From the IMG/VR virus record IMGVR_UViG_3300045988_182320: 39,937 nucleotides of DNA; one strand, written 5' to 3'. Source of the DNA: a virus (lineage: Duplodnaviria > Heunggongvirae > Uroviricota > Caudoviricetes). Position numbers and translations under genes: made by a program. Shown piece by piece: positions 8,982-19,600 of the stretch (within the stretch, counting starts at the first letter, position 1; every line of letters starts with the position of its first letter). Below the pieces are notes generated by a model. That model ran no database searches. It saw nothing but the letters and a program-made list of their open reading frames with translations, and was not told the DNA's origin.

Positions 8982-11936
8982 CTAGAAAGGTTTATCACTA
9001 TCTTTATCTACCTTGCTCCAGTCAATGGTAGATTGATATTCACCCCCAGCTGCAGGGACATCAGCCTTGGCAGCTTGTTTATCCTCTTTTTTATCATCAC
9101 TCTTCTTGCTTCGGAGATAGATCATCTCGACAGGGCTGCCGTCTGGGTTAGCTGGATCGCGTCTGATGATGCGGTGCTGGCTGTTGCAGAGATCAGCTGG
9201 GTTCAGCTCTTGGATGTATGGACACAGCTCGACGAAGGCTCTGAGCTTTTTGGTGAAGCTCTGTGTGGTCGCCTTGTTGATGCCTGAGAACTGCTTGAAG
9301 TCATTGAACGCACGCTCTCTCACGATAAATGTATCGAGTCGCTCGCTCTCTTCTGAGAAGTAGGATGCAGCCCAGTCTTCGAAGTTGACACCCATGTCGG
9401 CCTTGAACTTGCGCTTGATGATGTTATCCATCGGTGGCATGATCTTGATAGGTTCGCCAGCCAAGGAGAGATAGAAACGACAGCACTGCAGGAAAAAGTT
9501 GATGTCAGCATTCCACTCATCCTCAGTGTATGTCTTTGAGAAGAGATCTTCGTCGAAGTCATCACGGATGCTTCGGGTCTCTTGGTAATCATTCTCCTCT
9601 GTGCGCTGATGGTAATAGTCGGAGAACACCATATAGAGCAGTCTCGCCTCTGAGGAAGGGTCGAAGTCTGCCGGCACGTAGTTGGTGGTGAAGGCAATCT
9701 TCGGGCTATCCTCGAAAGGAATTGTGAAGCTCTGGTTGTTCTTTGGGTTGACTGTCATATCTGAAGTAATGTTATCGTAAAATAAACCTGTGTTGAGATA
9801 GCGGTCACAGTCATCGAGGAGCAGCATCTGGGTGTGCTGTGTCACCTGATCGAAGACGTGTGGGTTGTCCATCAGCTTAGGGTTGCGTCCGGAAAGCTTG
9901 ACTGTTTTCATCAGCAGTGAAAGCGTCTTGAAGAAGAAACTCTTACCGGAACGGCCGTTGCACTCGTTGTTTTCACCAATCTTGTTGTCCATCGCCATCG
10001 GAGCCCAAGCCCTGGATGGTGCCTTGTAATGATGGAGCATGTAGCCGAAGGTGAAAATCTTGTTTATCAAGTTCTGCTTTTGCTCTTGTATCTCGTTGTC
10101 GGCAAGCCCTTCGCCAGCGATGTCGAAGAGGTGTGCCTTGTGGTATGCCTCTTTCTCCTCGATGCTCTTGTCCTCAAAAGCATACTCTAGCTCTTTGCGC
10201 CAGTAGGTGCGAGAGGCGTTGATGAGATAGCCGAAGAAGTGGGACTTCACGTTCTTGACCTCGATGTCGAACTTCGGCCTGCCATCCTCGTCGATGGTTC
10301 GTGTGATGGAGAACATGTCATCCAACTTCTTGAAGTTGTGGTTGATGACATTCTCTTGCCAAACATAGTTTTTGAGCGAGCTGCCCTCACGCTGGTACTC
10401 GTTTAGTCCATCTTTGGTGACCTCGACGCTGACACGAGGGAAGAAGAACAACTGCGAGTGGTTGGTGTAGCTGGTGAAGTCTAGCGTAATCTCTTGGAGC
10501 GAGTCGAGCGCCGATGCCGACAGCTTTGGCGTGTTGAGCACCAAGTTAAGGATGTCACGCTTCTCAGCTCTCTCGATGACCCATTGGCGGCAGAACTCAC
10601 GGATGTCTCTCGTGGTGATGAGCTTGACGATGTTGCCCGTGATGCGAACATATTTGGTGATGGTCGAGTTGTCATCGTGCAAGGTATAGAAACCATTGAG
10701 ACGAAGAAAATTGTAGAGGCACGCCGTGTCGATGTAGTGGTCCCAGGTGTTAGCCTTTTTGTTGAGCTTGCTCACCCAAAATCGGGCTGGCATCGCCAGT
10801 GTCATGAGGTTGCGGAAGTCTTTGCGAGTATTGCGCAGCTCCATCCAGTCTCGCAGGTCTTTGCGCCCCTTGCCACGGTTGTCGTGGTAGGTGCGAAGCC
10901 AAGAAGGCAACCATATCGTATGGATGTCGATGAAGCGCAGGGCAAGCTCTGTGCCCTTGGCGATGCCCGTCTCGTCGATGTCGGGTATATTGTAGAGCAC
11001 CTCGACATACTTCATAATCTCTCGGTACTCCTCGTCGCTGAGCTTGTAGGTCTCGGAGTTGAACCATAACGGGTTGTAGCCCATGGAACGGCAGCAGAGA
11101 CTGTCACGCTCGCCACTGCAGATGAAAGCCTCGGGAAGTTTCTTCTCCTTGTAAGGCTTGGACTCGTCTGTGTTGGTCTTGTTGTACTCAGCCTCTTCAC
11201 GGCGGTTGAACTCGTGATAGGCAGCCTTCAGCTCAGCTAGGCCATTGATGTATTGCTTAGGCTTGATGCCGTCTGGGGTGTAAGAGAATCGCCACTGCTT
11301 TTGGTAGTTGAGAGGCTCATATATCTTGTAGAACTTAACCTCAGGCTTGTCGCCTTCAGCTGGGCGAACCAAGCACTCACGCATAAAGATAGGGTAGTGC
11401 TCGTTGCTGTGCTTAATCTTGACCTTGCGGTCTTTGACGTATCCTATCCACTTGGCGGAATGCCAGTTGAGTGCATCGACGTGCTCTTGCTTGACGTTTG
11501 GACCCAGTACCTTCAGTTCATCCTCGGTGAACTTCTCGTTCAGCTCGAAAGGTCTGGTACCATCTTTCTCGTTGATGGTGGCATCACGCTCTGTGAATGT
11601 AGGCTTGTTGACCTCTTTTTTGAGTTCATCGCTAACGTTGTATTCGGAAGCCAGTCTCAGGATGGCATCAGGAAAGCGGTCGATGCACTTCTCTCTCATG
11701 TAGAGGTCGATAGGTGACTCGGCAGAGCCGTCGCCGCCGAAGTCAGTCACTCGCCAGCAGTCTTTGAACTTTTTGAGACTGCAGGAAGGTGTTTTCTCAT
11801 TGCGGATGGCAAAGTGCTTTTTAGGCGTGCCAGTCGTGCAATATTTCTGGACGCATTCTTTTGCGTCCGGGTATAGTGAGATGATGATGTCGAGACCATC
11901 ATCTGTAGCTTGATAAATTTGTTCTGCTTTGATCAT
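8982..11936 (-). CDS. DNA primase-helicase (TOPRIM-like N-terminal region plus SF3/D5-like P-loop NTPase)
   Basis: About 984 aa from ATG 11934-11936 (track ORF starts at TTG 11966); Walker A NGRSGKSF and Walker B-like LLLDDCD in the C-terminal third; SGERD...DIDETG TOPRIM-like acidic motifs upstream. Confidence 0.7.
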   Translation of the reverse strand: MIKAEQIYQATDDGLDIIISLYPDAKECVQKYCTTGTPKKHFAIRNEKTPSCSLKKFKDCWRVTDFGGDGSAESPIDLYMREKCIDRFPDAILRLASEYNVSDELKKEVNKPTFTERDATINEKDGTRPFELNEKFTEDELKVLGPNVKQEHVDALNWHSAKWIGYVKDRKVKIKHSNEHYPIFMRECLVRPAEGDKPEVKFYKIYEPLNYQKQWRFSYTPDGIKPKQYINGLAELKAAYHEFNRREEAEYNKTNTDESKPYKEKKLPEAFICSGERDSLCCRSMGYNPLWFNSETYKLSDEEYREIMKYVEVLYNIPDIDETGIAKGTELALRFIDIHTIWLPSWLRTYHDNRGKGRKDLRDWMELRNTRKDFRNLMTLAMPARFWVSKLNKKANTWDHYIDTACLYNFLRLNGFYTLHDDNSTITKYVRITGNIVKLITTRDIREFCRQWVIERAEKRDILNLVLNTPKLSASALDSLQEITLDFTSYTNHSQLFFFPRVSVEVTKDGLNEYQREGSSLKNYVWQENVINHNFKKLDDMFSITRTIDEDGRPKFDIEVKNVKSHFFGYLINASRTYWRKELEYAFEDKSIEEKEAYHKAHLFDIAGEGLADNEIQEQKQNLINKIFTFGYMLHHYKAPSRAWAPMAMDNKIGENNECNGRSGKSFFFKTLSLLMKTVKLSGRNPKLMDNPHVFDQVTQHTQMLLLDDCDRYLNTGLFYDNITSDMTVNPKNNQSFTIPFEDSPKIAFTTNYVPADFDPSSEARLLYMVFSDYYHQRTEENDYQETRSIRDDFDEDLFSKTYTEDEWNADINFFLQCCRFYLSLAGEPIKIMPPMDNIIKRKFKADMGVNFEDWAASYFSEESERLDTFIVRERAFNDFKQFSGINKATTQSFTKKLRAFVELCPYIQELNPADLCNSQHRIIRRDPANPDGSPVEMIYLRSKKSDDKKEDKQAAKADVPAAGGEYQSTIDWSKVDKDSDKPF

Positions 11937-11963
11937 AATTCTTTTCCATTGTAAATTTGCTTG

Positions 11964-11971
11964 CAAAATTA
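11964..11971 (-). promoter_or_regulatory. Bacteroidota-type -7 promoter box for the primase-helicase gene
   Basis: caaaatta on plus strand (TAatTTTG on minus), 28 nt upstream of ATG 11936. Confidence 0.4.
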
Positions 11972-12104
11972 TTGCAAAGCGAGTTCAAAACAAAATACTT
12001 ATTTTTTGTCGCATAGAGCCTTTGGCTCATACTCGACGTATCTGTGGAGAGGGTGGCAGTATCTGCCATTGATGCAGTTGCTGCCATCCTCGCACTTTTG
12101 GCAT

Positions 12105-12416
12105 TTAATCGGTGGCATCGACTTTTATATCAAAAGTGTCGTTGTGTAGCAACATCTTGGTATGAACATAAATTGGTTTTTGTTCATCCTCATCCCATCC
12201 AACCTCTCGGAAGTCTCTGCCATCGATATAGCATTCGGTGGCGTATCCTTTGTCGGTCCACTCTACGATATGGTCTTTGTCGAACTCGTCTCTTGCTGGC
12301 ACTGTAGCCAGAACACGAGTGCCAAACTTGCTGTAGCTAATCTCGTGTATAGTGACGTTAGGGTATTTCTCGATGATTGCCTCCTCGATAGATTTTGTCT
12401 TAGTCTTCTTTTTCAT
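12105..12416 (-). CDS. Hypothetical protein (early region)
   Basis: 103 aa, ATG at 12414-12416. Confidence 0.4.
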   Translation of the reverse strand: MKKKTKTKSIEEAIIEKYPNVTIHEISYSKFGTRVLATVPARDEFDKDHIVEWTDKGYATECYIDGRDFREVGWDEDEQKPIYVHTKMLLHNDTFDIKVDATD

Positions 12417-12606
12417 TGTTCTTCATTCTGAATTTAACAATACCTGCCACGATGCCGTCTTCTTGGTCATCGTAGAACATATTTAAATCTGTTGTGCCCT
12501 TATGGAGTGTACCATAGGACACGTCAACGGCAACGCTGGCATCCTCGAAATCTTTGAGGATGGCTTGAAGCTGTTTGCTGTTGCATCTGACTGTCATTTT
12601 TCCCAT
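12400..12606 (-). CDS. Hypothetical small protein (early region)
   Basis: 68 aa, ATG at 12604-12606; overlaps neighbours. Confidence 0.35.
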   Translation of the reverse strand: MGKMTVRCNSKQLQAILKDFEDASVAVDVSYGTLHKGTTDLNMFYDDQEDGIVAGIVKFRMKNNEKED

Positions 12607-12812
12607 GATCCATCATTGATAATTTGCTCGATGACCTCTCTGTCGATGGCACGCCAAGTATTGGTGCGCATCTTATTGTAGATGGTGTTCTGGCTCATCT
12701 CTAGCTTTAGCTGCAGTGTGGCCATGAACTTGCTTCTCTTTTTGCGTGGTATCTCATTATACCATGCGAGGATGATATTTTCATCATCATTTTTTTTGTT
12801 TTTTTCTTGCAT
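12594..12812 (-). CDS. Hypothetical small basic protein, first gene of the leftward early operon (Cro-like by position)
   Basis: 72 aa, ATG at 12810-12812, transcribed divergently from the HTH regulator; -7 box at 12841-12848. Confidence 0.4.
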   Translation of the reverse strand: MQEKNKKNDDENIILAWYNEIPRKKRSKFMATLQLKLEMSQNTIYNKMRTNTWRAIDREVIEQIINDGSWEK

Positions 12813-12840
12813 ATTCCAATATTTATTATTAATTTTGTTG

Positions 12841-12848
12841 CAAAGTTA
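12841..12848 (-). promoter_or_regulatory. Bacteroidota-type -7 promoter box (leftward early promoter)
   Basis: caaagtta on plus strand (TAacTTTG on minus), 29 nt upstream of ATG 12812; a plus-strand TAatTTTG lies immediately adjacent at 12830-12837. Confidence 0.45.
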
Positions 12849-12933
12849 GTAATAAAAATCGGAAAATACTAACGAAAGTAAGTAAAAACACCTATGATAA
12901 TAGGTTAAATATTATTAATTAAATTAGGTAATT

Positions 12934-13311
12934 ATGTTTAATGGTCAGATAATCAGAAAGTTAATGTCGGATGCTGGCTTAACTAAAAAAGAGTTTGAAA
13001 GACGTATGTTCGGTAGTAAATCGACCGACCTCAACCATTTGGAAAAAGCGAAGAATCTTCGCAGTGACACTCTCGAACGTCTGCGTGAGGTGTTGAAGTG
13101 CTCTATGGATGACTTCTTTACAGCACCCTCATGGGCTGAGAACGGAAAGGGGACAGTCGTAGGCTCTAACAATGTGCTGTCAACAGTAGCCATCGGCAAC
13201 GAAGTGATGGAAGCCCAATATCTCAAGGAGTTGCTCTTGGAGAAGGACAAACGCATCAGCACTTTGGAAAATTATATCAAGCTTCTGGAGACTAACTTAA
13301 ATAAGGACTAA
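12934..13311 (+). CDS. XRE/Cro-CI-type helix-turn-helix transcriptional regulator (candidate repressor)
   Basis: 125 aa; N-terminal IIRKLMSDAGLTKKEFERRMFGS...SDTLERLREVL matches an HTH_XRE-like helix-turn-helix; divergent from the early operon and upstream of the integrase. Confidence 0.65.
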   Translation: MFNGQIIRKLMSDAGLTKKEFERRMFGSKSTDLNHLEKAKNLRSDTLERLREVLKCSMDDFFTAPSWAENGKGTVVGSNNVLSTVAIGNEVMEAQYLKELLLEKDKRISTLENYIKLLETNLNKD

Positions 13312-13535
13312 TACGAAACATAATTCGTAAGATGAATCCTTATATATAATAAGGTGTATAAAATATATCGTATAATCTCAGCAGTGATATCCAACTCGTT
13401 AGTCCTGCCGCCGCAACCAATATCGGGTAAGAAGTTGGAAACAACATTCTTATCCGATTTTCCGTTTTGGGGAGGGACGGAAGCGAAATACTTTATTGTT
13501 GAATATCATTGGCTGGCAACGGACAATGAAAAAAA

Positions 13536-14699
13536 ATGACTGCAAAAGAAATTGATTTTTTGAGCTCGCGTGAAATAGTAGGTTTCACGCTGCCTGTGTT
13601 GCATACCAAGGGCGGTTACTGGTATGTTGACTTTACTGCCTTTGACCCTGTTTCGGGTCGGATGAAGCGCAAGAAATATATGCTTAATAGGTACAAGACT
13701 GACCACAAGAAGCGTATGATGGGTACCTTGCTTATCCACAATATCACGGCAAAATTGACCGCTGGATGGAATCCTTGGGTGAATGCCGACAAGTCGAGAC
13801 AATTCACCGAAATACCAATTATCTTTAGTCGTTATCGTGATTATATTAAGTCGATGACCGACAAAAAGTCGATGAAGGAAAAGACCTCTATCGACTACCT
13901 CAGCCGCCTCAAGACTCTGGAGTCTTTCATCACTGAGTGCAAGAGTGTCAAATATGCCTATCAGATTGACCGTGCCTTCGCCATCGACTTCTTAGACCAC
14001 CTGATGTATGACCGTGATGTGAGTGCTACCACAAGAAACAACTATCGCTCTTGGCTTGTCTCCTTCGGCACTTGGCTTATGGATAGAAAATATATCAGCG
14101 AGAACCCTGCCATCGACATCAGAAACATCGCTCAGAAGGAGAAGTTCAGAGACCCTTTGACCGAGGGCGCGCTTAAGAAGCTGAAGACTTATCTCTATGA
14201 TAACAACAGACATTTTCTCTTGGCTTGCCTCTTTGAATATTATACCTTTATCCGACCGAATGAGTTGACGCAGATAAGAATCAAAGATGTGTCGATTGCT
14301 GACCAGACGGTCTTTATCAGTTCTGCCATCAGCAAGAACCGTAAGGACGGACTTGTGGCATTGAACGATGAAATCTTGAAGCTCATGATAGAGCTGAAGA
14401 TATTTGAGCATCCGGGACATTGTTTTATCTTTGGCAAGGGGTTGAAGCCTGGTGAGGAGCGAGCACCTTATAACCAACTGAGAGTAGAGTGGGGCAAGAT
14501 GCGAGATGCTATTGGGTTTCCGAAGGAGTATCAGTTTTATAGCCTGAAGGACACTGGCATCAGGGATTTGGCGAACGCACAGGGTATCGTGGTCGCCAAG
14601 GATCAGGCACGCCACTCTGATATATCTGTGACGAATCGATATATCAAGAACCAGATGAAAGTGAACGAGGAGACCAAGCACTTCAAAGGTGGGCTTTAG
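13536..14699 (+). CDS. int: Tyrosine site-specific integrase
   Basis: 387 aa; C-terminal ARHSDISVTNRYI (His and catalytic Tyr box) and upstream HCFIFGKGL region typical of phage tyrosine recombinases; stop tag at 14697-14699. Confidence 0.85.
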   Translation: MTAKEIDFLSSREIVGFTLPVLHTKGGYWYVDFTAFDPVSGRMKRKKYMLNRYKTDHKKRMMGTLLIHNITAKLTAGWNPWVNADKSRQFTEIPIIFSRYRDYIKSMTDKKSMKEKTSIDYLSRLKTLESFITECKSVKYAYQIDRAFAIDFLDHLMYDRDVSATTRNNYRSWLVSFGTWLMDRKYISENPAIDIRNIAQKEKFRDPLTEGALKKLKTYLYDNNRHFLLACLFEYYTFIRPNELTQIRIKDVSIADQTVFISSAISKNRKDGLVALNDEILKLMIELKIFEHPGHCFIFGKGLKPGEERAPYNQLRVEWGKMRDAIGFPKEYQFYSLKDTGIRDLANAQGIVVAKDQARHSDISVTNRYIKNQMKVNEETKHFKGGL

Positions 14700-14724
14700 T
14701 CTCCTCGATGAGGTGGTGTCGTGG

Positions 14725-14756
14725 CTTCGCTGGTTTGTGTTTGATGAGTAGCGAAG
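14725..14756. terminator. Hairpin between convergent genes (candidate bidirectional terminator)
   Basis: 7-bp stem cttcgct (14725-14731) / agcgaag (14750-14756) between the integrase stop and the stop of the 632-aa minus-strand gene. Confidence 0.3.
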
Positions 14757-16655
14757 TTACGACATCATATAAAAATATCCTGTATAGATAGGCTCAATCT
14801 GGTCATCCTTGACCTCCATCTCTATTTTTTCGCATACGAATTTTTTGTTGTGTATGATGTATGTGTGAGATGGGTCAGGGATGGTATCAGATTTGAACTT
14901 GACCTGAAGGCAGTTTTTGTTGTCTATCTTGAGACCGCTGTCGTGGAGCTCACCCAAACAGGTTCCTGCTTGCCAAGCCTTGTTTAGGGATAGGGAAGCC
15001 ATCAGAACGGTTGGAAACGTGCCAATATTGCCAGGATCGAGAAACTCCATCCTATACATGGAATTGATGCGGCTGTCAGTCATGAACTGCGGCCATCTGG
15101 ACTTCTCCCCTACCCATGAGACGTTGCCATTGAGTGGGTGTTCGTATTTTTGAACTTTGCCAGGCACTATGAAAAACACATTCATGCACTCCTGGTCATC
15201 CTCGGAATCATCCAAGGTGGACTCATCATCGATGGCATCCTGTATGGAGACGTAGTTGTAGCCATCCTCGTCTGTGTCGCCCTCTTTGGCTTCGGCTTCT
15301 TTGTCGTTTGGCATAGACAGGAGGCAGCGCCATTCGCTGTGTTTATCCTCAAAAAGAAAAGACCTAAAGCTAACATTTTCCACGACCTGTGCTGCTGGGG
15401 ATATGTTGAGGTCTGTGTAATCATCGGAGGAGTTATCCCTTATCAGTGGCGACCAGACACCAGCCAACTGCCAGCTCTTGTTGCCGTCGGTATCCTCGAC
15501 ATATATATAATAATCGCTGCCCAGATGACGGATGATGGTGGTGCGCTTCTTCTTCTCGGACCATCCACTGGTAGTGGCAGGAAACTGAAAGTTGGTACCA
15601 ACGGCTGTCTCGAACGAATCGACTATATCGAAATTATCAAAAACTTTTTTGGGAATGACTTCGTAATCACCTCTGTTGGCTGAGTCGCCTAAGTTGTACT
15701 GCAGGTTGGCTGTCGATGAGGTTGAGAACGAACCATCGGCATCGTAGTCGGTGGTGTACTCGTCGAGTGTCTCTATCTCTACGGAGTCGGCGGATGATAG
15801 CTCTGAGGACTTGATGACCTGACAAGTCTTTTTGATGTCGTCGAAGTATATGGTGGCGTTGAAGAGCTTGCGGAACTCCTCGATGAAGGTGTAGCTAGTC
15901 CAATGAGGAAGGGCACGGCGAAGCTCTAGGGTCTTGAAGGCGGAGGCGATGTAGAGCAAGTTCCATGGAGAAACATCGAGGTCGTTGCGTGTGAGGGTGT
16001 AGCCCTCGTAGGCGATGACTCGCTTGAAGATGTACATCAGGTTGGGCTGCACGGCGACGTTGCTGATGTATGGATCTTTGCTGCCTATGAAATTGCCCGT
16101 GCGGTCAACGCCCACGAAATTGGCTATCATGTCGTTGGTCTCGTCTCTGACTGGCATGAAGCACCACTTGCCCTGCTCGCCCAGAAACTTGCTCTGGTCG
16201 GCGACGAGCCTATAGACGGATTGAACCTTGGGGATGTTTTTCCAGCCCTGTGAAAAACCTTTATCTACCGTATAGCCTGGTGCGGATGCCTTGCCGAAGT
16301 CTATCTCGTCGATGTAGTGCTTGGTCATCTTGTCGTTGAACTTGATGCGAGACTTGCCGCCCACTATCTGAAGCTTTATCTCAGAGTCGGTGACGCTGAT
16401 GATGGTACCCACGCCAGAGAGTACCAGGCGACCGCTCACGTAAAGCTTGCAATCGTTGTAGGTCTGGGTGGATTTGGAGACATCGAAGCGGCTCACGTTG
16501 TGGAAAACTCGGCGGTTGGGCATTATTGCCATGGGGAAATTGATGTCGTAGGAGTATTCGCCATCGTCGGTGACGTATTGGTTGGCGTATGTGAGCTTGA
16601 TGGATTGGCTGGCAGCCGGGTAGGCTGCCATGCCATTGATGATGCATGTTATCAT
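14757..16655 (-). CDS. Hypothetical tail protein (directly downstream of the tape-measure-like gene)
   Basis: 632 aa ORF, ATG at 16653-16655; assignment is positional only. Confidence 0.4.
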   Translation of the reverse strand: MITCIINGMAAYPAASQSIKLTYANQYVTDDGEYSYDINFPMAIMPNRRVFHNVSRFDVSKSTQTYNDCKLYVSGRLVLSGVGTIISVTDSEIKLQIVGGKSRIKFNDKMTKHYIDEIDFGKASAPGYTVDKGFSQGWKNIPKVQSVYRLVADQSKFLGEQGKWCFMPVRDETNDMIANFVGVDRTGNFIGSKDPYISNVAVQPNLMYIFKRVIAYEGYTLTRNDLDVSPWNLLYIASAFKTLELRRALPHWTSYTFIEEFRKLFNATIYFDDIKKTCQVIKSSELSSADSVEIETLDEYTTDYDADGSFSTSSTANLQYNLGDSANRGDYEVIPKKVFDNFDIVDSFETAVGTNFQFPATTSGWSEKKKRTTIIRHLGSDYYIYVEDTDGNKSWQLAGVWSPLIRDNSSDDYTDLNISPAAQVVENVSFRSFLFEDKHSEWRCLLSMPNDKEAEAKEGDTDEDGYNYVSIQDAIDDESTLDDSEDDQECMNVFFIVPGKVQKYEHPLNGNVSWVGEKSRWPQFMTDSRINSMYRMEFLDPGNIGTFPTVLMASLSLNKAWQAGTCLGELHDSGLKIDNKNCLQVKFKSDTIPDPSHTYIIHNKKFVCEKIEMEVKDDQIEPIYTGYFYMMS

Positions 16656-16688
16656 AAACTAATCATAAATGAGGCTTGATGAAAACCG

Positions 16689-19600
16689 TTATTTGTTTGA
16701 CTTCATTTTTTGATATTGGCTCCATTGGCGGTCGAAGCCATCGGGGCCGGTGATGACCACGTATGACTTGATGCCAGCATCGAGCTGTTGGTTGAGTCGG
16801 TCGATGGTGTTATGCACGCTATCGAGGGATGCGCCCATCTGTTCGGTGTCGCCACCTGTGACGTTGACCACTGGGGCGACCACGGCTGCGCTGCCTGTGC
16901 CCATGGCACGGCTCACGTCTTGTGCGGTGAGCGAGGCGACAGTGTTGTTGCGCTGCGCCATATCGATGAGCTGCAGGGCAGGGAGGAGCTGAGGATTGTT
17001 GACGGCGTTGTGGTTGGCGACGAACTCGCCAGCGTGAACCACGCCAGCCTCTTTCTTGTAATTGCCAGGACCAGTGAAACCACCCTCGTAATAGCCAGCC
17101 GCCTCTGCCTGGTGCTGCTTTTTGATTGTTGCTATCTGGAGCATGCCCGCTGCGGTGGCGAGACCTGCGGCGATAGGACCAAGGATGTGACCCACCACTG
17201 GGATGGCTGCGGCTGATGAGTAGGCGTTGATGGCAGCCATGGCGGTTGAAGCTATGGCTTGTGCGATCTCTATCTTCATCGCCTTTTTGTTGGCCTTGCT
17301 CTTGGCTGCAGCCACCTCTTTGTCTCGCTTCGCCTCGAGTCGCTTTTTCTTGGCTGAGTTGTTGCCAGCGGCAGAAATCTGCTTATCGTAGTTTTTCTCG
17401 ATCTTGGCGACCTCTAGGTCTGAGCAGGCCTGAGAGTAGGCGGAGGCAGCGCCCATCATCGTGTTGATGCTGCTGAAGGCAGCGCCAGCGATGGAGGCTA
17501 TCTCTTGATAGGTCTCTTTGTTCATCTGCTTTTTGGCATCTAGATAAGCCTGTTCGCTGATGTTGCCATCTCTACGTAGCTTGTCTAGATTATCGTTGAC
17601 CATCTTTTGCTGTTGGATGGCTGCGATGGCACCACCTGCGATTGTGGCGAGGTTGTCGCTGCCCATGGCATTACTGTTGTCGCCGTTGCCCTTGGTCATC
17701 TTTTTGGCGGTGTCGAGGGCGGTGTTGGCATCCTCTTTGCGCTGCTCGTCGGCGGTAGGCTTGTATGAGGCGTATTTGTTGGCGATGCCCATCTTTGTGC
17801 GCTGGTATTCCTCCTCTCTGATGAGACCTGCCTTGTAGATGGCTTCGAGCCCCTGCAGCTCTAGTTGCATCTGCTCTTCGTTGCCGAGCTTGCCGTATTC
17901 TTGGCGCAGCTGAAGGAGTTGTTCGTCGTGTTGCTTCTGAAGGTCGTATTTGCGTTGCTGTTGGGTCAGCTCTCGCTCTTTCTCGATCTGGGCGTACTCG
18001 TCAGATGAGGAGAGGTAGAGGGCTTGCTTTTTGTTGAGATAGTCCTGGTATGAGAGAAAGAGAGCCTCGTTGACGGCATCCTCATTGTGATAGAGGTTGG
18101 AGTCTTTGTTGTAGTAGTCTGCATTGAGCTTCATTTCTTTTTTCTGTCGCTCGGTCTCCAGGGCTTCGAGGTCGGCGGTCTGCTTCTTCTCGTAGTCGGC
18201 GGCGATATTCTCTTTCTCGGCGCTCAATCGCTTGTACTCTTCGCTCTCTGCCTCGCCATACTTTTTGAGGATGTCGAGGCGAGCCTGAAGCCCCTGCTCT
18301 TTGATATTCTTCATCTTCTCGTTGTATTCGGCGAGTCGAATCTGCCCCGTAGCGTAGAGTGTCTTGGCATCTAGCTCTTCGGCTTGGTTGGCTTTCTTGG
18401 CATCGTCTAGCTCTTTTTTCATGTCGGCCTTGCGCTTTGCCTCTGCCTTGCGAGCCGCAGCCTCACGCTTCTTTTTCTCCTTCTCGGCAGCCTTGCGCTC
18501 TTTCTCGGTCATGGTATGACCAGAGGAAGGGGTGACGGGTGTCTCAGTAGTTGCGCTATTGTTTAGTAAATTCTTCTTTACAGTCTTGTTGTACTGTTTC
18601 TGTAAATTAACGTTTTTCTCTAATTGCTGATTATAGAAATTCTCTTCAGCATTGACTTTTTTTTGCAGGCTTAGGTTTGCCTGTAGTCTTTGCGTATGAA
18701 TTTGCTTTTGCTTCTCGTTGCTCTTCAGTGCCTCGTTTTGTTCGATGAGCTGACCTGTCCATCCATCAGCCACGGCATTGCTCTCATATTGCTTAGGATG
18801 AGCCTTGCGCTCAGCATCGACAGCCTTCAGAGAATATCGTATGCGGCTCTCTTTTTGTTTGAGTTTCAGTTTCTTTTTATTGATTTCCACTTTGCGTTCA
18901 TAGATAGCTTCTGCCATGGCAGCATTCTCTAGCTCCTTGATGTAGTTTTGGATGGCAATCTGATTGTCGTTATACAACTTGCCCTCTTTGGAGATAGAGG
19001 CGTGATATTCTGGGACGAGCTTTTGCATATTTGCGATAGCTTGCTTGCGCTCGTCAACGGTATAGGCATTGGAGTGGATAACCTTGTTGAGCATATCGAC
19101 CTTGTTGCGCTCATCGAGGGTAGCATCAGACACTTTTTTGGCGAGGCTGGCTTGAGCCTCTGCCACAGCTCTGTTGTTTTTAGCCTCTTGCGTGTTGTTG
19201 CGCATCGCCTCATTGTAAGATGTTATGGCTTTGTATGCCCCATAGGCAGCCACGCCCACAACGGTGATTACCGTGGCGAGGGCAGCCCATGGATTGGTGA
19301 GACTGGCTAGGCGTGCCGCCCTCATCACCACGATGTAGCCCTGTATGCCTTTTGTGAGATAAGCCCATGTGGCTTGCAGTGCCACTAAGGCAGCACGCAA
19401 AAGGGTAGAAGTTGCAGCACAAGCTTTATCGACAGCTGAAGCGTATTGCACAGCGGCAGATTTAATCTTAATAGCGATTGTCTCCTTGTACCAGAGAGTA
19501 GTACAAACAGCGATGGCTGTTGACAGCACGGCTATTTGTTTGGCATAGGTGACGGTGAAGGTGATGAGTGTGGACATGACCTTTATAGTCAGGCTGAACG

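Noticed and set aside
13312-13535. Candidate attP between the HTH regulator and the integrase
   Set aside because: The spacer contains a small hairpin and one copy of the 16-bp repeat, but there is no tRNA-like core and no second att copy in the window. Phage genes on both sides of the integrase show no phage-host junction lies here, so no att call is made.
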